DNA of 64,000 nucleotides from a virus. This document shows positions 26,993 to 36,775 of the stretch, one piece after another. The position numbers and the translations under genes were made by a program. Within the stretch, counting starts at the first letter, position 1, and each line of letters starts with the position of its first letter. The DNA lies in the IMG/VR virus record IMGVR_UViG_3300017605_000956, positions 1 through 64,000 of that record; one strand, 5' to 3'. A model generated the notes under the pieces. That model had not been told where the DNA came from. It ran no database searches and saw only the letters and a program-made list of their open reading frames with translations.

Positions 26993-27661
26993 ATGGCCGC
27001 GAAACCGCTGGTCAAGCCGAAGCACAAGGTGCTGTCGGTGCCGATCGGGATGGTGAACTACAACATCCCGAGCCCCGAGGCGGCGAAGAAGCGCAACGCC
27101 CCCGAGGAGACCGTCAAGTTTCTCTCCCGCGCGACGTGGAGCATCCCCGGAGCGATGCGCCGCGTGTCGATCCCTTGGGATGGCAGCTTCTACATCTACG
27201 CGATGGTGAACGACGCGGAGATCAAGAAGATCCGGGACGAGTGGAACGAGGAGAAGGGCATCCGGTTCCACGTCGTCGAGGACTGGACCTCGAAGAACCC
27301 GGAGGAGACCGCCGAGATCGTTCGGGGCTGTATCGCCCGCAGCCTGGGCGACATCATCGGCTCGAAGGGCGAGGAGCCCGGGGACGAGCCCAGCGGCCTC
27401 CGTGGGTCGCTCGCGAAGCTCTCGAAGCGGTACGAGGAGCTGGACTCGACGGACGCCGATGGCCTCATCGTCGACCGCATCCAGGACGCGAAGAAGAAGC
27501 TGGAGGACGCCATGGTCGTCGCCGCTTCCTTCGCTCTCACCGAGGACTACGAGGAGCTGCGGAAGACGGTTGTCACGACGATCGAGGCGGAGCTGGAACT
27601 GGCCCGCATCGAAGTCGGCAAGGTGGCCCTCTCGCGCATGAAGGCAGCCGGGGTGATCTAG
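26993..27661 (+). CDS. hypothetical protein
   Basis: AAGGAG RBS; typical codon usage. Confidence 0.75.
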   Translation: MAAKPLVKPKHKVLSVPIGMVNYNIPSPEAAKKRNAPEETVKFLSRATWSIPGAMRRVSIPWDGSFYIYAMVNDAEIKKIRDEWNEEKGIRFHVVEDWTSKNPEETAEIVRGCIARSLGDIIGSKGEEPGDEPSGLRGSLAKLSKRYEELDSTDADGLIVDRIQDAKKKLEDAMVVAASFALTEDYEELRKTVVTTIEAELELARIEVGKVALSRMKAAGVI

Positions 27662-27765
27662 GAGAGCCGGGACCTCCTCTCCTGGGTACGGGTGGGGTGG
27701 GGGCGCAGCCCCCACCCCACTTCGGGAGAGCGACGAAGGGGAAACGACCGAAAGATTTTTGGAGG

Positions 27766-28131
27766 ATGACCATGACCACGATGCTCGGCACGTTTGGGGT
27801 AGCCGAAGAGGAGATCGGGAGATTCAACCGGACGCTCCCGCCTCAGACCAAGGTGAAGTACGACGCCCGGTGGGAGCTGGGGCTCGAAGTCGTGCGGTGG
27901 TTCCACTACCGCTACAACGTCGACCACACGTTCATCGGCCGGATCAACTCGGTGGAGGAGCTGCGGAAGAACATGGTCCCGCGGTACCAGGCCTACTTCA
28001 TGTCGAGAGGCGTCCCGAAGAAGATGTTCCCGGCCCTCGACACGATCCTCATTGAGCCGCGGATCCAGGAGTTCTGCGAGATGTTCAAGGACGTCCTGGC
28101 GGAGATCGAACTTCTCCGGGAGGCACAATGA
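27766..28131 (+). CDS. hypothetical protein with C-terminal AExxL tag
   Basis: GGAGG RBS; ...FKDVLAEIELL. Confidence 0.7.
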   Translation: MTMTTMLGTFGVAEEEIGRFNRTLPPQTKVKYDARWELGLEVVRWFHYRYNVDHTFIGRINSVEELRKNMVPRYQAYFMSRGVPKKMFPALDTILIEPRIQEFCEMFKDVLAEIELLREAQ

Positions 28132-28433
28132 AGACGAAGCCGACGAAGTGGACCCTCGTGCAGCACTCGGGCTACGGCTACGCCGCGAAGCCCGCGTTCA
28201 AGCTCGGGGTCGAGACGCGACAGGTCGAAGGCGCCAAGGAGATCGAGCGCGTCCGCCGCGCCGGCGGGATGCTCTTCGACTCCTACGGCGAGGCCGAGGA
28301 CCAGGCGGACATCGAGAACTACCCGAAGGGGTACGAGGGGCTCGAGCCGCGAGTTCTCGGTACGTTCGCGGACGCGGAGGTGGATCAGCTTCGGGTGTAC
28401 ATCCCGAAGCTGGTATCCGCAGCATCGAGATGA
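28128..28433 (+). CDS. hypothetical protein
   Basis: ATGA overlap; GGAGG RBS. Confidence 0.7.
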   Translation: MKTKPTKWTLVQHSGYGYAAKPAFKLGVETRQVEGAKEIERVRRAGGMLFDSYGEAEDQADIENYPKGYEGLEPRVLGTFADAEVDQLRVYIPKLVSAASR

Positions 28434-28486
28434 AAAGAGCGTGCGGGGGCGCGGTCGTTTTGACCGCGCTTCCCGGCTCTCGAGGG

Positions 28487-28525
28487 TTTGCACGTGCTGG
28501 CCTTCCTGCGGCTTTGCACGTGCTG
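28487..28525. promoter_or_regulatory. tandem tttgcacgtgctg sites (putative operators)
   Basis: identical 13-mers at 28487 and 28513, upstream of the HTH gene. Confidence 0.6.
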
Positions 28526-28683
28526 ACGAAAGATTGGCGGACGAAAAATGCTCCGCGTTTGGACGACGCGGCTGTATGGCTGGCCGGGGCCTTTTCCGGC
28601 AGGGAAAAGAGTGAGGCGAGAGGTGGACGATGGTTCTTCGAGGTTCAGCGTAATCGCCCCTCACGGGGCGGAAGGAGTGATGA

Positions 28684-28947
28684 ATGTCGCAGGTGAAGAT
28701 CAACGGGTCGAAGCTGAGAGAGGTTCGGATGGGGAAACGCATGACGACCAAGGAGCTCGCGGAGCGGTCGGGTGTGTCCCCCCGGACGATCGACCGCATC
28801 GAATCCGGGGCGCTGAAGGAGGGCGTGAGGGAAGGAACCCTCTTCGCCATCACGAAGGCGCTCGAGGTCGAGCTGGACGTTCTGATCGAGTCCGCGCCGA
28901 TTCCCGCGGAAGTCGGAGAGAAGAGTGAAGACAAGAAAACCGCGTAA
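28684..28947 (+). CDS. XRE/Cro-CI family HTH regulator
   Basis: LREVR..MTTKELAERSGVSPRTIDRIESG. Confidence 0.92.
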   Translation: MSQVKINGSKLREVRMGKRMTTKELAERSGVSPRTIDRIESGALKEGVREGTLFAITKALEVELDVLIESAPIPAEVGEKSEDKKTA

Positions 28948-29449
28948 CGCCGCTCTTGAATTCGCCAAGGGCTTCACGGTCCTCGTGGCGCGGGAGGCGC
29001 TGCGGCAGGGCCGCAAGAGAGTCCTGAACCCGGCGAAGTTCGAGAAGTGGGCGCGCAGCGCGATCCGGTCGGGCGGTGGGGACCCCGACCGGATCGGGGA
29101 GGCCGTCGGAAGGCGGCTTCACTGGATGGTATTCCCTCAGAAGGCGAAGTGGCAGCAGGACGTGGAGTACTGCATCCGTCGCGGGCGTTCGTTCGCCCGC
29201 CGGCATAAGGTGCTGATTGCCGAGCAGGTGCTGACGGGAGACGCGGAGAGGACCCAACTTGAGATGGCAGCGGAAGAGATGGTCCGCATCCTTGGGCCGA
29301 AGAAGGTCTTGGACCTTCTCGGCAAAGGGAAAGAGAGTAGGGCGTGCGTAAGTCGAAGTCGGAAGCGTTCGAGGATCTCGCGGCGCCGCTTGGCGAGTTC
29401 GTGTTCGAGCTGCGGGCGTCGTGGGGGACGAAAGCGATCGGCACGGTGA
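28925..29449 (+). CDS. hypothetical protein (AEQVLT)
   Basis: ORF; 3' end overlaps the next gene. Confidence 0.55.
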   Translation: MKTRKPRNAALEFAKGFTVLVAREALRQGRKRVLNPAKFEKWARSAIRSGGGDPDRIGEAVGRRLHWMVFPQKAKWQQDVEYCIRRGRSFARRHKVLIAEQVLTGDAERTQLEMAAEEMVRILGPKKVLDLLGKGKESRACVSRSRKRSRISRRRLASSCSSCGRRGGRKRSAR

Positions 29450-29664
29450 GGGACCTGTCGTGGGGGCTGAGGAATGGTCTTCGCCTCGTCGTGGTGTCAC
29501 CGGAGCCGGAGCTGGCCCTGGCGTTCATGATGACGGCGGTGGTCTTGAACGTGTCGGCTGACAAGCTCGACCGGCCGGATCCGATCGTTGAGCGGTACGC
29601 GCAGGACTTTATCGAGAAGCATCGGAGAGAATTTGCGGAGGCGATCCTGACGTGGCAGGCATAA
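29344..29664 (+). CDS. hypothetical protein with C-terminal AEAILT
   Basis: ORF; shared tag. Confidence 0.6.
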   Translation: MRKSKSEAFEDLAAPLGEFVFELRASWGTKAIGTVRDLSWGLRNGLRLVVVSPEPELALAFMMTAVVLNVSADKLDRPDPIVERYAQDFIEKHRREFAEAILTWQA

Positions 29665-30134
29665 GCAAAATGAATGGGAAGCCGCTGATCATCGAGGGCT
29701 TTTGCGATTTCGACCAGCCGCTTCGGCGAGTCGAGATCGGGAAGCACACGACGATCGAGGCGTTCGAGCGGTCGAAGAAGCGCGCCCAGTCCGGGGGCGA
29801 GTCGACCTATGGCTGGGTCTGGGCGGAGTTCCCTGATCCGCAGAGCGTCAACCCCATTCCGATGCGGCCGTGGAAGATGCACGAGGTCATCGTGGGAAGC
29901 CACCAGGCGGGCTGGCTCGCGGCGAGGGATCGCGCCCATGCGGAGCGTCCCGGCGTGTGCTGGTGGACGGCCACGCCATCCTGCTGCTCGAAGCTCGTCG
30001 CCGTTCCGCTCGGGGAGCATCAGAAGTCGGTGCGGCATTTCTTCTACACCGCCATGGAGTTCCAAGAGCTGACGGTGAGGCTGTGGCCCTGGATGAAGCC
30101 TTTGATCGCGGAGGAGGTCTTGTGCGAAAAGTAG
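29652..30134 (+). CDS. hypothetical protein with C-terminal AEEVL
   Basis: ORF; shared tag. Confidence 0.6.
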   Translation: MAGISKMNGKPLIIEGFCDFDQPLRRVEIGKHTTIEAFERSKKRAQSGGESTYGWVWAEFPDPQSVNPIPMRPWKMHEVIVGSHQAGWLAARDRAHAERPGVCWWTATPSCCSKLVAVPLGEHQKSVRHFFYTAMEFQELTVRLWPWMKPLIAEEVLCEK

Positions 30135-30505
30135 AGCCTCAGATCCAGCTCGCCAATTACTACCTCGCGCTGTGCTACTCGCTGTGGGCGAGGTACGAGT
30201 GGCTCGGGATCAACCTGAACTACGCGGGCATCCAGAGGGTCATGGAGCGTTTGGCGCTGGGGATACCGCTCCGGTGGCAACGTGATGGGGAAGCGCCGAA
30301 GGACATGGAAGAGCGGCTCGCGCAACATCTCACCTGGCTTGTGGTGTCGCGCGGCCGAAAGGTCGAGGACAGCGTCGTGAAGGACCTGCGCGTCGAAGCT
30401 GCGGCGTTCGTCGCGAAGCATCGAGAGCTGTTCGCGGAGATCAAGCTCGCCGGCGCGAGCAAAGACCTGAACAAAGAATTGGCGGAGACGGGGAGCAGGG
30501 TATGA
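30122..30505 (+). CDS. hypothetical protein (HRELFAEIKL)
   Basis: GAGGAGG RBS, GTG start. Confidence 0.65.
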   Translation: MRKVEPQIQLANYYLALCYSLWARYEWLGINLNYAGIQRVMERLALGIPLRWQRDGEAPKDMEERLAQHLTWLVVSRGRKVEDSVVKDLRVEAAAFVAKHRELFAEIKLAGASKDLNKELAETGSRV

Positions 30506-30831
30506 GCAGGATGACGCGGATCCAGGTGATCGCGATCCTCGAGAAGAGGATCAAGGACTTCGTCGAGTCCGCTACCAACGAGAAGATGTGGCCTCCGTTG
30601 TCGCTGACTTCGGGCCAGCTCTCGAATCAGGAAGCGATGATCGGGCTGATCATGATGAGGCTGTCGAAGCCCCGGTTCCTGAGAGAGCATTTCACGGATC
30701 AGCACGTCCCGCAACACTGCAACCTGTGTCAGACGTTCATCTCGAACTACCGGTATGAGTTCGAGGGCAAGGCCAGAGAGTTTCTGAGCACGAACCGTGA
30801 GCTCTTCGCGGAGCTCAACCTGTTGGGCTAA
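30502..30831 (+). CDS. hypothetical protein (NRELFAELNLL)
   Basis: ATGA overlap. Confidence 0.65.
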   Translation: MSRMTRIQVIAILEKRIKDFVESATNEKMWPPLSLTSGQLSNQEAMIGLIMMRLSKPRFLREHFTDQHVPQHCNLCQTFISNYRYEFEGKAREFLSTNRELFAELNLLG

Positions 30832-30853
30832 TTTTACGAGGGTGGGGTAGCAG

Positions 30854-31357
30854 ATGAGAGAGATGGCAGAGCCGAAGTGTCCGAAGGGGTGCCGGGCGCC
30901 CGTTGCGCGCCTGGCGGGGACGGATGGCTACAAGCGATACCAATGCGGAAACATGGACTGCCTCGAGACGTGGGATGTTCCCATCGAGAAGAGACGGTCA
31001 GATACGCCGGAGCCCGAAGCTCCGGAGACTCAGGAGGACGACGTGGCGAAGCCCAAGCTGACGTGCCAGTACAACTGCGGGCACAAACCCTTCTCGTCGG
31101 AGAAGTGGAAGCTGAAGCACGAGGAGGCTTGCGCGAAGGAGAAGGACGGCTCCGTCGAAGAGAGCCCGGATCTCCCCCACACGCCGGCGACGGAGACGGC
31201 GAGGAGCGCCATGGGCTCGGTGATCGACTCCCTCAGGAACAAGCGCGAGTCGATGATCCGGGACAACGAGGAGATCCAGAAGATCATCGCGGAGCACCCC
31301 GACATCAGGAAGATCGACGCCGCGATCAAGCTGCTGGAGTCGGTTCAGGATGTGTAG
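30854..31357 (+). CDS. zinc-finger protein
   Basis: CPKGC..YQCGNMDC and C2H2-like CQYNC..HEEAC. Confidence 0.65.
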   Translation: MREMAEPKCPKGCRAPVARLAGTDGYKRYQCGNMDCLETWDVPIEKRRSDTPEPEAPETQEDDVAKPKLTCQYNCGHKPFSSEKWKLKHEEACAKEKDGSVEESPDLPHTPATETARSAMGSVIDSLRNKRESMIRDNEEIQKIIAEHPDIRKIDAAIKLLESVQDV

Positions 31358-31640
31358 GCTCTGCGACGCCGAGTGCGCGCTGACCGGCGAGATGGAGCGG
31401 GTGATCCTCGAGAACACGAACCCGGGTCACAACAAGCAGTACACCGTCTTCATCGAGCTGGTCGAGGACAACGGCACCGGCAACGTCCGGGTCATGGGCC
31501 GCTGGGGACCTATTGGCGAGAAGTGGACGAGGTCCCAGGAAAAGGGTCGCTTCGTGGCGATCTCGAGTGCGCGGCAGGCGGTCTATGACCTGGTGCGAGA
31601 AAAAGAGGGCCGTGGCTACAAGAGGAGGATCTGTCCGTGA
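31350..31640 (+). CDS. WGR-domain protein
   Basis: HNKQYTV, RWGPIG, KEGRGY. Confidence 0.8.
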   Translation: MCRLCDAECALTGEMERVILENTNPGHNKQYTVFIELVEDNGTGNVRVMGRWGPIGEKWTRSQEKGRFVAISSARQAVYDLVREKEGRGYKRRICP

Positions 31641-31927
31641 AGCCGACGACCACGCGCACCCTCGCCTCCCGCTTCGTTCGGTTCTGCCTGGATGAGGCGG
31701 AGGCGAGGGGCGTTTGGCCCCGTGATCTGCGGTTGGCTTTTGTCGAGCGGGAGTTCTCGGACTTCGGCTCGAAGAATTTGGTGAACCGGTTGACGAACGT
31801 CTACCGACGCATTCTTTACGGGAGGCCGGGAAGCCACCTCGAGGACGAGCTGAAGGTCCGGGTGGAGTTTTGGATGGGCCTCCCAGAGAACAGGGAGTTC
31901 TTGGCGGAGATCGTGCTGACGAGATAG
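31637..31927 (+). CDS. hypothetical protein (NREFLAEIVLTR)
   Basis: GAGGAGG RBS; GTGA overlap. Confidence 0.65.
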   Translation: MKPTTTRTLASRFVRFCLDEAEARGVWPRDLRLAFVEREFSDFGSKNLVNRLTNVYRRILYGRPGSHLEDELKVRVEFWMGLPENREFLAEIVLTR

Positions 31928-31929
31928 CG

Positions 31930-32250
31930 ATGCCGAAAGAGAAGGCGACGCACACGAGGTTTCGGACCTACTGGTCGCTCTCGTCGACGGGCCAGCGGTC
32001 GACGTGCAGCGATTGCGGCCGGCGCGAGCTGCGGGTCGGGTACCAGTGCCGCGGCATGGACTACGGGCACGGCTTCTGCCAGCGGGTGCGCTGCTGGCTG
32101 TGTGCCGGGATCAAGAGAGTCGAGAAGAAGACGATGACCGATATGTGGACGCTCTGCCTCTACTTCGCGGTGATCGAGAACCAGCTCTGCAAGCCCTGTC
32201 GCGCGGAGAACGAGCTGCTTGGCGAGATAAAGGTCATGGTGTCCTCGTGA
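31930..32250 (+). CDS. Cys-rich zinc-finger protein
   Basis: CSDC, CWLC, CKPCRAENELL. Confidence 0.6.
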   Translation: MPKEKATHTRFRTYWSLSSTGQRSTCSDCGRRELRVGYQCRGMDYGHGFCQRVRCWLCAGIKRVEKKTMTDMWTLCLYFAVIENQLCKPCRAENELLGEIKVMVSS

Positions 32251-32621
32251 GCTGCGCTCTCTGTCACCGAGGGGTCGAGACGCTCGCGCTGAACATGAAC
32301 GACCTCTCGCGCGGACGCCAGCTTGCCGAGAAGCTCGGGGTGAAGTGGGGCGAGAGTGCAGCGGTCTGTATCTGCAAGCTATGTGTTGCGGAGTTTGAGT
32401 TTACGGGAGAATGGACCGTGATCTGCTCGGCTTGCAAGAAGGGGTTCGCCAAGGTGCCGCCGCTCTGCGATAGCTGCGGGCAGCCCACGTGCGAGGATTG
32501 CGCTGCGAAGGAGATACCGCCTGGTCGGTGGGAGATCAGGCACAGCGCGGTGCTGCGGGCCGGAGATCGAATCCGGATCTGCAAGAACTGTCGAGCGGAA
32601 CGAGTGCTTACGGAGGACTGA
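32247..32621 (+). CDS. Cys-rich zinc-finger protein
   Basis: six CxxC; ends CKNCRAERVLTED. Confidence 0.65.
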   Translation: MSCALCHRGVETLALNMNDLSRGRQLAEKLGVKWGESAAVCICKLCVAEFEFTGEWTVICSACKKGFAKVPPLCDSCGQPTCEDCAAKEIPPGRWEIRHSAVLRAGDRIRICKNCRAERVLTED

Positions 32622-33157
32622 TGGAGACCGCCGAGATTCAGATGTCGCCCAGGGCTGCACGTACCGAAGCCGAGAGGTATTCACGGTGCCGGGACCTGAC
32701 GAAGACCGACCGCCTGATCATGAAGGCGTACAAGTCGATCGCGCACGGGAGCCGGATCATCGACCTCAAGAAGACGATGGAGATTGCGGGCTTCGACGAC
32801 AACGGGCGGCCGCGGCTGGCGATCTGCTGCGCCAATGCGACGCGGGTCGACGTGCGCTGCTGGCCGGGGTCGACGGAGTTCAAGTGGAACCATCGGTACT
32901 ACGACCGGAGCTCGATGAGGATCGTGGGCTTTGGGAACAACAGGACCTCCACCGTCGATGGGTGGGCGACGACGCCGTACATCCCGCCGTACATCCGGCG
33001 CGCTCGGATGAGCCGGTACTTCGTGCTGTGGGAGGCGACGTGGCACAACGTTCCGGCGGGAGATCCCTACCTGCTGGAGCAGATCGACCAGAACCTCTTC
33101 CGCGTGGTCGCGGCGTGGGACATCACGCCGCTCGAGGCGGCGGTGCTGAGGCGATGA
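32621..33157 (+). CDS. hypothetical phage protein
   Basis: YFVLWEA, DPYLL, AAWDITPLE. Confidence 0.7.
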   Translation: METAEIQMSPRAARTEAERYSRCRDLTKTDRLIMKAYKSIAHGSRIIDLKKTMEIAGFDDNGRPRLAICCANATRVDVRCWPGSTEFKWNHRYYDRSSMRIVGFGNNRTSTVDGWATTPYIPPYIRRARMSRYFVLWEATWHNVPAGDPYLLEQIDQNLFRVVAAWDITPLEAAVLRR

Positions 33158-33495
33158 GAAGAAGAACGATCAATCGGCCTCCGGTCCACACGTTCTCCCG
33201 CCGTCTCGTCCACGAGGCGAACGAGTACGCGAAGAGGGTGGGCCTGAAGCAGATCGACAAGGACCTGCATCTCCCGGCGTGGGAACAGCTCGAGGATATT
33301 ATGGCATTGGGCGACGCCTGGAAGGTGGCTGACGTGCTGGCTCTGCACTTCACGAAGGTCTACGATCCGACCGGGAAGGTGGAGCGGCACGTGGAGGTCA
33401 TGAGGAAGTTCGTGAGCGACAACAAGGAGCTGGTGGCCGAGGTCGTGTTGACCTATGTGCCTCGACCCAAGATCAAAGGGAGGAGATTTCCGTGA
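33154..33495 (+). CDS. hypothetical protein (NKELVAEVVLT)
   Basis: ATGA overlap. Confidence 0.65.
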   Translation: MRRRTINRPPVHTFSRRLVHEANEYAKRVGLKQIDKDLHLPAWEQLEDIMALGDAWKVADVLALHFTKVYDPTGKVERHVEVMRKFVSDNKELVAEVVLTYVPRPKIKGRRFP

Positions 33496-33698
33496 AGGGG
33501 CAACTGATCCGGGCGATCCACGTCGAGGCCTCGAGGCTGTCGACGGCCGGCAGGATGATCCGGGAGGACCAGCTCGAGAAGATGGACGAGCTTTCCCTCC
33601 GGGCGCTCCTGTCGACGCTGCGGGACGCGCAGGGCGAGATAGATCGGGCGAAGAGGACGTTCCGGCCGTTTCCCGGTGGCCCCAGGATGCGAATGTAG
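33492..33698 (+). CDS. hypothetical protein
   Basis: GGAGGAG RBS. Confidence 0.6.
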   Translation: MKGQLIRAIHVEASRLSTAGRMIREDQLEKMDELSLRALLSTLRDAQGEIDRAKRTFRPFPGGPRMRM

Positions 33699-33708
33699 GA
33701 GGTGGTCG

Positions 33709-34260
33709 ATGAAGCTGTGGGTCAAGATTAGAGTCCACGTCCTGTTGGCGCTTTGCGGAGTCGCGTCAACGATGCACGCCTGGAACGACGGTCGGAAGGC
33801 CGGCGTCCAGCAGAAGATCGGCGGGCCGGGAGAGTTCCGAACGGCGATCGTGGAGTGGCAGGACTTCAACACGAAGAAGGTGGTGCTGTACCTGAACGAC
33901 GGGGCCAACGGGTACGCCTTCTGGATGAAGCTGGACCCGGGCTTCCTCCACTACACCGCGGCCGCGAAGGTCTTCGTATGCGACAACGAGGACCCGGTCG
34001 ACATGAAGGAGAAGCTTGACTGGGCTCGCGAGTGGTGCCGCGAGGACAAGGAAGGTCACGACTCGAGAATCATCGGTGGCGAGCTGAAGCCGCGCGCCGA
34101 TGACGACGAAGCCCCGGCGGGCCTGGATGAGCGGGACTGGCACGCGATCCAGTACGACCGCGAATGCCTGGAGCAGGCGCGGAAGGACATCAGCCAGTTG
34201 GCCCTCGAACGGGATCTTCTCCGGTCGAGGCTTGAGAAGTACGAGAGCTTGAGCCGATAG
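33709..34260 (+). CDS. hypothetical protein with N-terminal hydrophobic segment
   Basis: AGGAGG RBS. Confidence 0.65.
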   Translation: MKLWVKIRVHVLLALCGVASTMHAWNDGRKAGVQQKIGGPGEFRTAIVEWQDFNTKKVVLYLNDGANGYAFWMKLDPGFLHYTAAAKVFVCDNEDPVDMKEKLDWAREWCREDKEGHDSRIIGGELKPRADDDEAPAGLDERDWHAIQYDRECLEQARKDISQLALERDLLRSRLEKYESLSR

Positions 34261-34270
34261 GAGGTATGGG

Positions 34271-34720
34271 ATGGGGAAGTTCAAGGCGTCGTTCGAGGGG
34301 TACTCGAACGATCTGGTCATGATGGTCGGGATGTCGATGAACGCCTGCGTGCGGAAAATCTGCGAGGAGCAGAGCTGCAAGCCCGCGAAGTCGTCGTTCC
34401 TCGTGCCCGAGACGGCGAACCCCGAGTGGCTACGGAACAACATCGCCTGGCAGGTCGCCACGGCGATCTTCGCGAAGCCCACGGAGAAGCGCAACGTCAA
34501 CGAGCTGCACCGCAAGGTGCTCGAGGTCTACGCCGACGTGATCGAGGAGTGGATTCAGGAGAACAAGGCGAACCTGGCGGAGATCGGCTTCCTCTTCACG
34601 CCAGAGGACACCGTGATCCAGACCCAGTCGCCTCCGGTGCAGCACTTCGCCCCCGCGGCAGCGCCTGCGGCGCTGCCGCCGGGGATCAACGCCATCGTTT
34701 GCAGAAGGGGACGGAGATAG
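34271..34720 (+). CDS. hypothetical protein (NKANLAEIGFL)
   Basis: AGGAGG RBS. Confidence 0.7.
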   Translation: MGKFKASFEGYSNDLVMMVGMSMNACVRKICEEQSCKPAKSSFLVPETANPEWLRNNIAWQVATAIFAKPTEKRNVNELHRKVLEVYADVIEEWIQENKANLAEIGFLFTPEDTVIQTQSPPVQHFAPAAAPAALPPGINAIVCRRGRR

Positions 34721-35023
34721 CCGGTGAAGAAAGCGCAGCAACGCGGCGGGGACAGACCCGCAGCGACAACGACTAGCGCCGAGTCAAAGAAGAGGTCGAC
34801 CGGATCCGGCGAAGGCAAGCCCGGAAAGGATGACTCTCGGCAGCCGGTAGGAGAACGACCGGCCGTTGCTGCGCCCTGTGATTGTCGGACGACGCACCCC
34901 GCGGCGGCGTGGAGGTGCGAGGGGTGTGGTCGATGCCTGTGGCGGCATGGGTACCATACCACGGGGATCTACTACATCTGCACGGCGTGCGGTGTTCCGA
35001 ACGCCAGAGCTTAGGAATGGAGG

Positions 35024-35974
35024 ATGGGTGTGGGAAAGAAGCTGAAGGGAAAGTATCGGTCCTATTCGCAGTTCTCTACTTTCGGGATGTGTCCCCGGAA
35101 GTGGCAGCTCTCGAAGAAGTTCGAGCCGAAGATCATCGCGGCGCCGCTCGCGGAGGGTGACATCTTCCACCTCGCGGTGGGCAAGATGTACGCCCAGAAC
35201 GACCCCAACGCCGGGAAGGCGGTCTTCGACTTCGCGAGGAACGACTATCTCCAGCGGCTCAGTACCGCGAAGGCCAGCCAGGAGCAGATCGACCGGCTGA
35301 CGGTGAAGTTCGCCGCCCTCGAGGCCATGATCACCTGCTACGCGAAGTCGATCTTCTCGATGGACATGACGCGGTTCGAGGTGCTCGAGACGGAGAAGGA
35401 ATTCCGGGTGAAGGCCGGCCCCGGCCTGGTGCTCGGAGGGTTCATCGACGGGATCTGGCGCGACAAGCAGAGCGGGGTGCGCTTCATCGTGGAGCATAAA
35501 TACAAATCTGCACACGAGCCAGAGCTTATGCCCCTTGACTTGCAAGTCTCGCTCTATACACTGGCACTTCTCGAGGAATATGGACCCCTTCCCACGCTCT
35601 ACAACGTCGCGCTGAAGCCAGCGAACCGGCAGGGGAAAAACGAGACGACTGCCGAGTTCGTAACGAGGCTGACTGCCTCGATCGACGAGGAGATGCAGGC
35701 CTTCCGGTGGACGCCGGGAGACTTCAAGGAGAAGAGGTTCGTCAGGCAGACGTATTCGAGAGGACGAGCAGAGCTCACCGCGGCGCTGTCGCAGATCAGG
35801 ACGCAGCACAAGGCGATGACGGCCGTGGCGAGGACGGGAGAGGCATGGCGCAACGTCGGGGACCACTGCCTGTGGATGTGCCCGTTCAAGAACATCTGCA
35901 TCGAGGAAGACGCTCTCGTGATTGATCGGTTCTTCGACCGGAAGGACTTGGGGAAGCCCGCGCCGGCGAAGTAG
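35024..35974 (+). CDS. PD-(D/E)XK (RecB/Cas4-like) exonuclease
   Basis: SYSQ..CPRKW, GDIFH, GFIDGI, IVEHK, QVSLY, C..CPFKNIC. Confidence 0.88.
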   Translation: MGVGKKLKGKYRSYSQFSTFGMCPRKWQLSKKFEPKIIAAPLAEGDIFHLAVGKMYAQNDPNAGKAVFDFARNDYLQRLSTAKASQEQIDRLTVKFAALEAMITCYAKSIFSMDMTRFEVLETEKEFRVKAGPGLVLGGFIDGIWRDKQSGVRFIVEHKYKSAHEPELMPLDLQVSLYTLALLEEYGPLPTLYNVALKPANRQGKNETTAEFVTRLTASIDEEMQAFRWTPGDFKEKRFVRQTYSRGRAELTAALSQIRTQHKAMTAVARTGEAWRNVGDHCLWMCPFKNICIEEDALVIDRFFDRKDLGKPAPAK

Positions 35975-36007
35975 GGGTAGAGGTTCGGTTTTCGAGGGAA
36001 GGACGAC

Positions 36008-36277
36008 ATGGACGCAATCACAGCATCTCAGTCTCCCGCTATCGACGGAGTGCTGCTCTTCGACCTGTTTTCGATCAGGACGAGCGAGCCGTTCCTGGTG
36101 ATGTACGGGATCTCCGCCGCCTTCGGGTACAAGCCCACCGCGGATCAGGTGAAGCTGATCCGGAAGAACATGGGCAACCGCGCCATCTTCGAGAAGTGGG
36201 AGAAGCTCGGCCAGGAGATGAAGGCCGGGACGCGCCCCTTCCCCGAGTGGCTGACGAAGGTGGAGGCGGTGCGATGA
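36008..36277 (+). CDS. hypothetical protein
   Basis: RBS; overlap with the next gene. Confidence 0.6.
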   Translation: MDAITASQSPAIDGVLLFDLFSIRTSEPFLVMYGISAAFGYKPTADQVKLIRKNMGNRAIFEKWEKLGQEMKAGTRPFPEWLTKVEAVR

Positions 36278-36543
36278 ACGGAAAACTGTTCCAGAACTTC
36301 TCGGGCGTCATCCCGCAGCACGCCCAGGTGAAGGGGTCGGGCAATACGATGTCGAACGCGACGTCGGACACGCCCTTCTTGACGCTCGGGCTCTACTCGG
36401 ATTCTGACGGCTCGGGGACCGTCCCGTGGCTGCTGTGCCTGCTCCAGGGCGGCCAGGTGGTCTCGGTTCGGGCGACTGACGTGTGCATCGAGATGACGGA
36501 TGAGATGAAAAAGTCGCTGGCCGAAGTGGTGCTGAAGTCATGA
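36274..36543 (+). CDS. hypothetical protein (SLAEVVLKS)
   Basis: ATGA overlap. Confidence 0.6.
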   Translation: MNGKLFQNFSGVIPQHAQVKGSGNTMSNATSDTPFLTLGLYSDSDGSGTVPWLLCLLQGGQVVSVRATDVCIEMTDEMKKSLAEVVLKS

Positions 36544-36758
36544 CGTTCTCGAGGCCGCTTCCGGGGATCGTGAACATCAACAGGGAGCCTGAAGCCGTGG
36601 CCGTACTCGGGGTCGAGTCCGGGTCGAGCGGAGGCATCGCGATCGTGTGCCTCAACGGCAAGGGCCAGATATTCACGATGCCGCCCGGCTCGGTGAAGGT
36701 GCTGGTGGATAAAGAGCTCCGCGAGTGTATCGCGGAAGCAGAGTTGCAGAAACCCTAG
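36540..36758 (+). CDS. hypothetical protein (CIAEAELQ), similar to 36274
   Basis: ATGA overlap. Confidence 0.6.
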   Translation: MTFSRPLPGIVNINREPEAVAVLGVESGSSGGIAIVCLNGKGQIFTMPPGSVKVLVDKELRECIAEAELQKP

Positions 36759-36775
36759 TTGGAGGAGGTGGAAGC

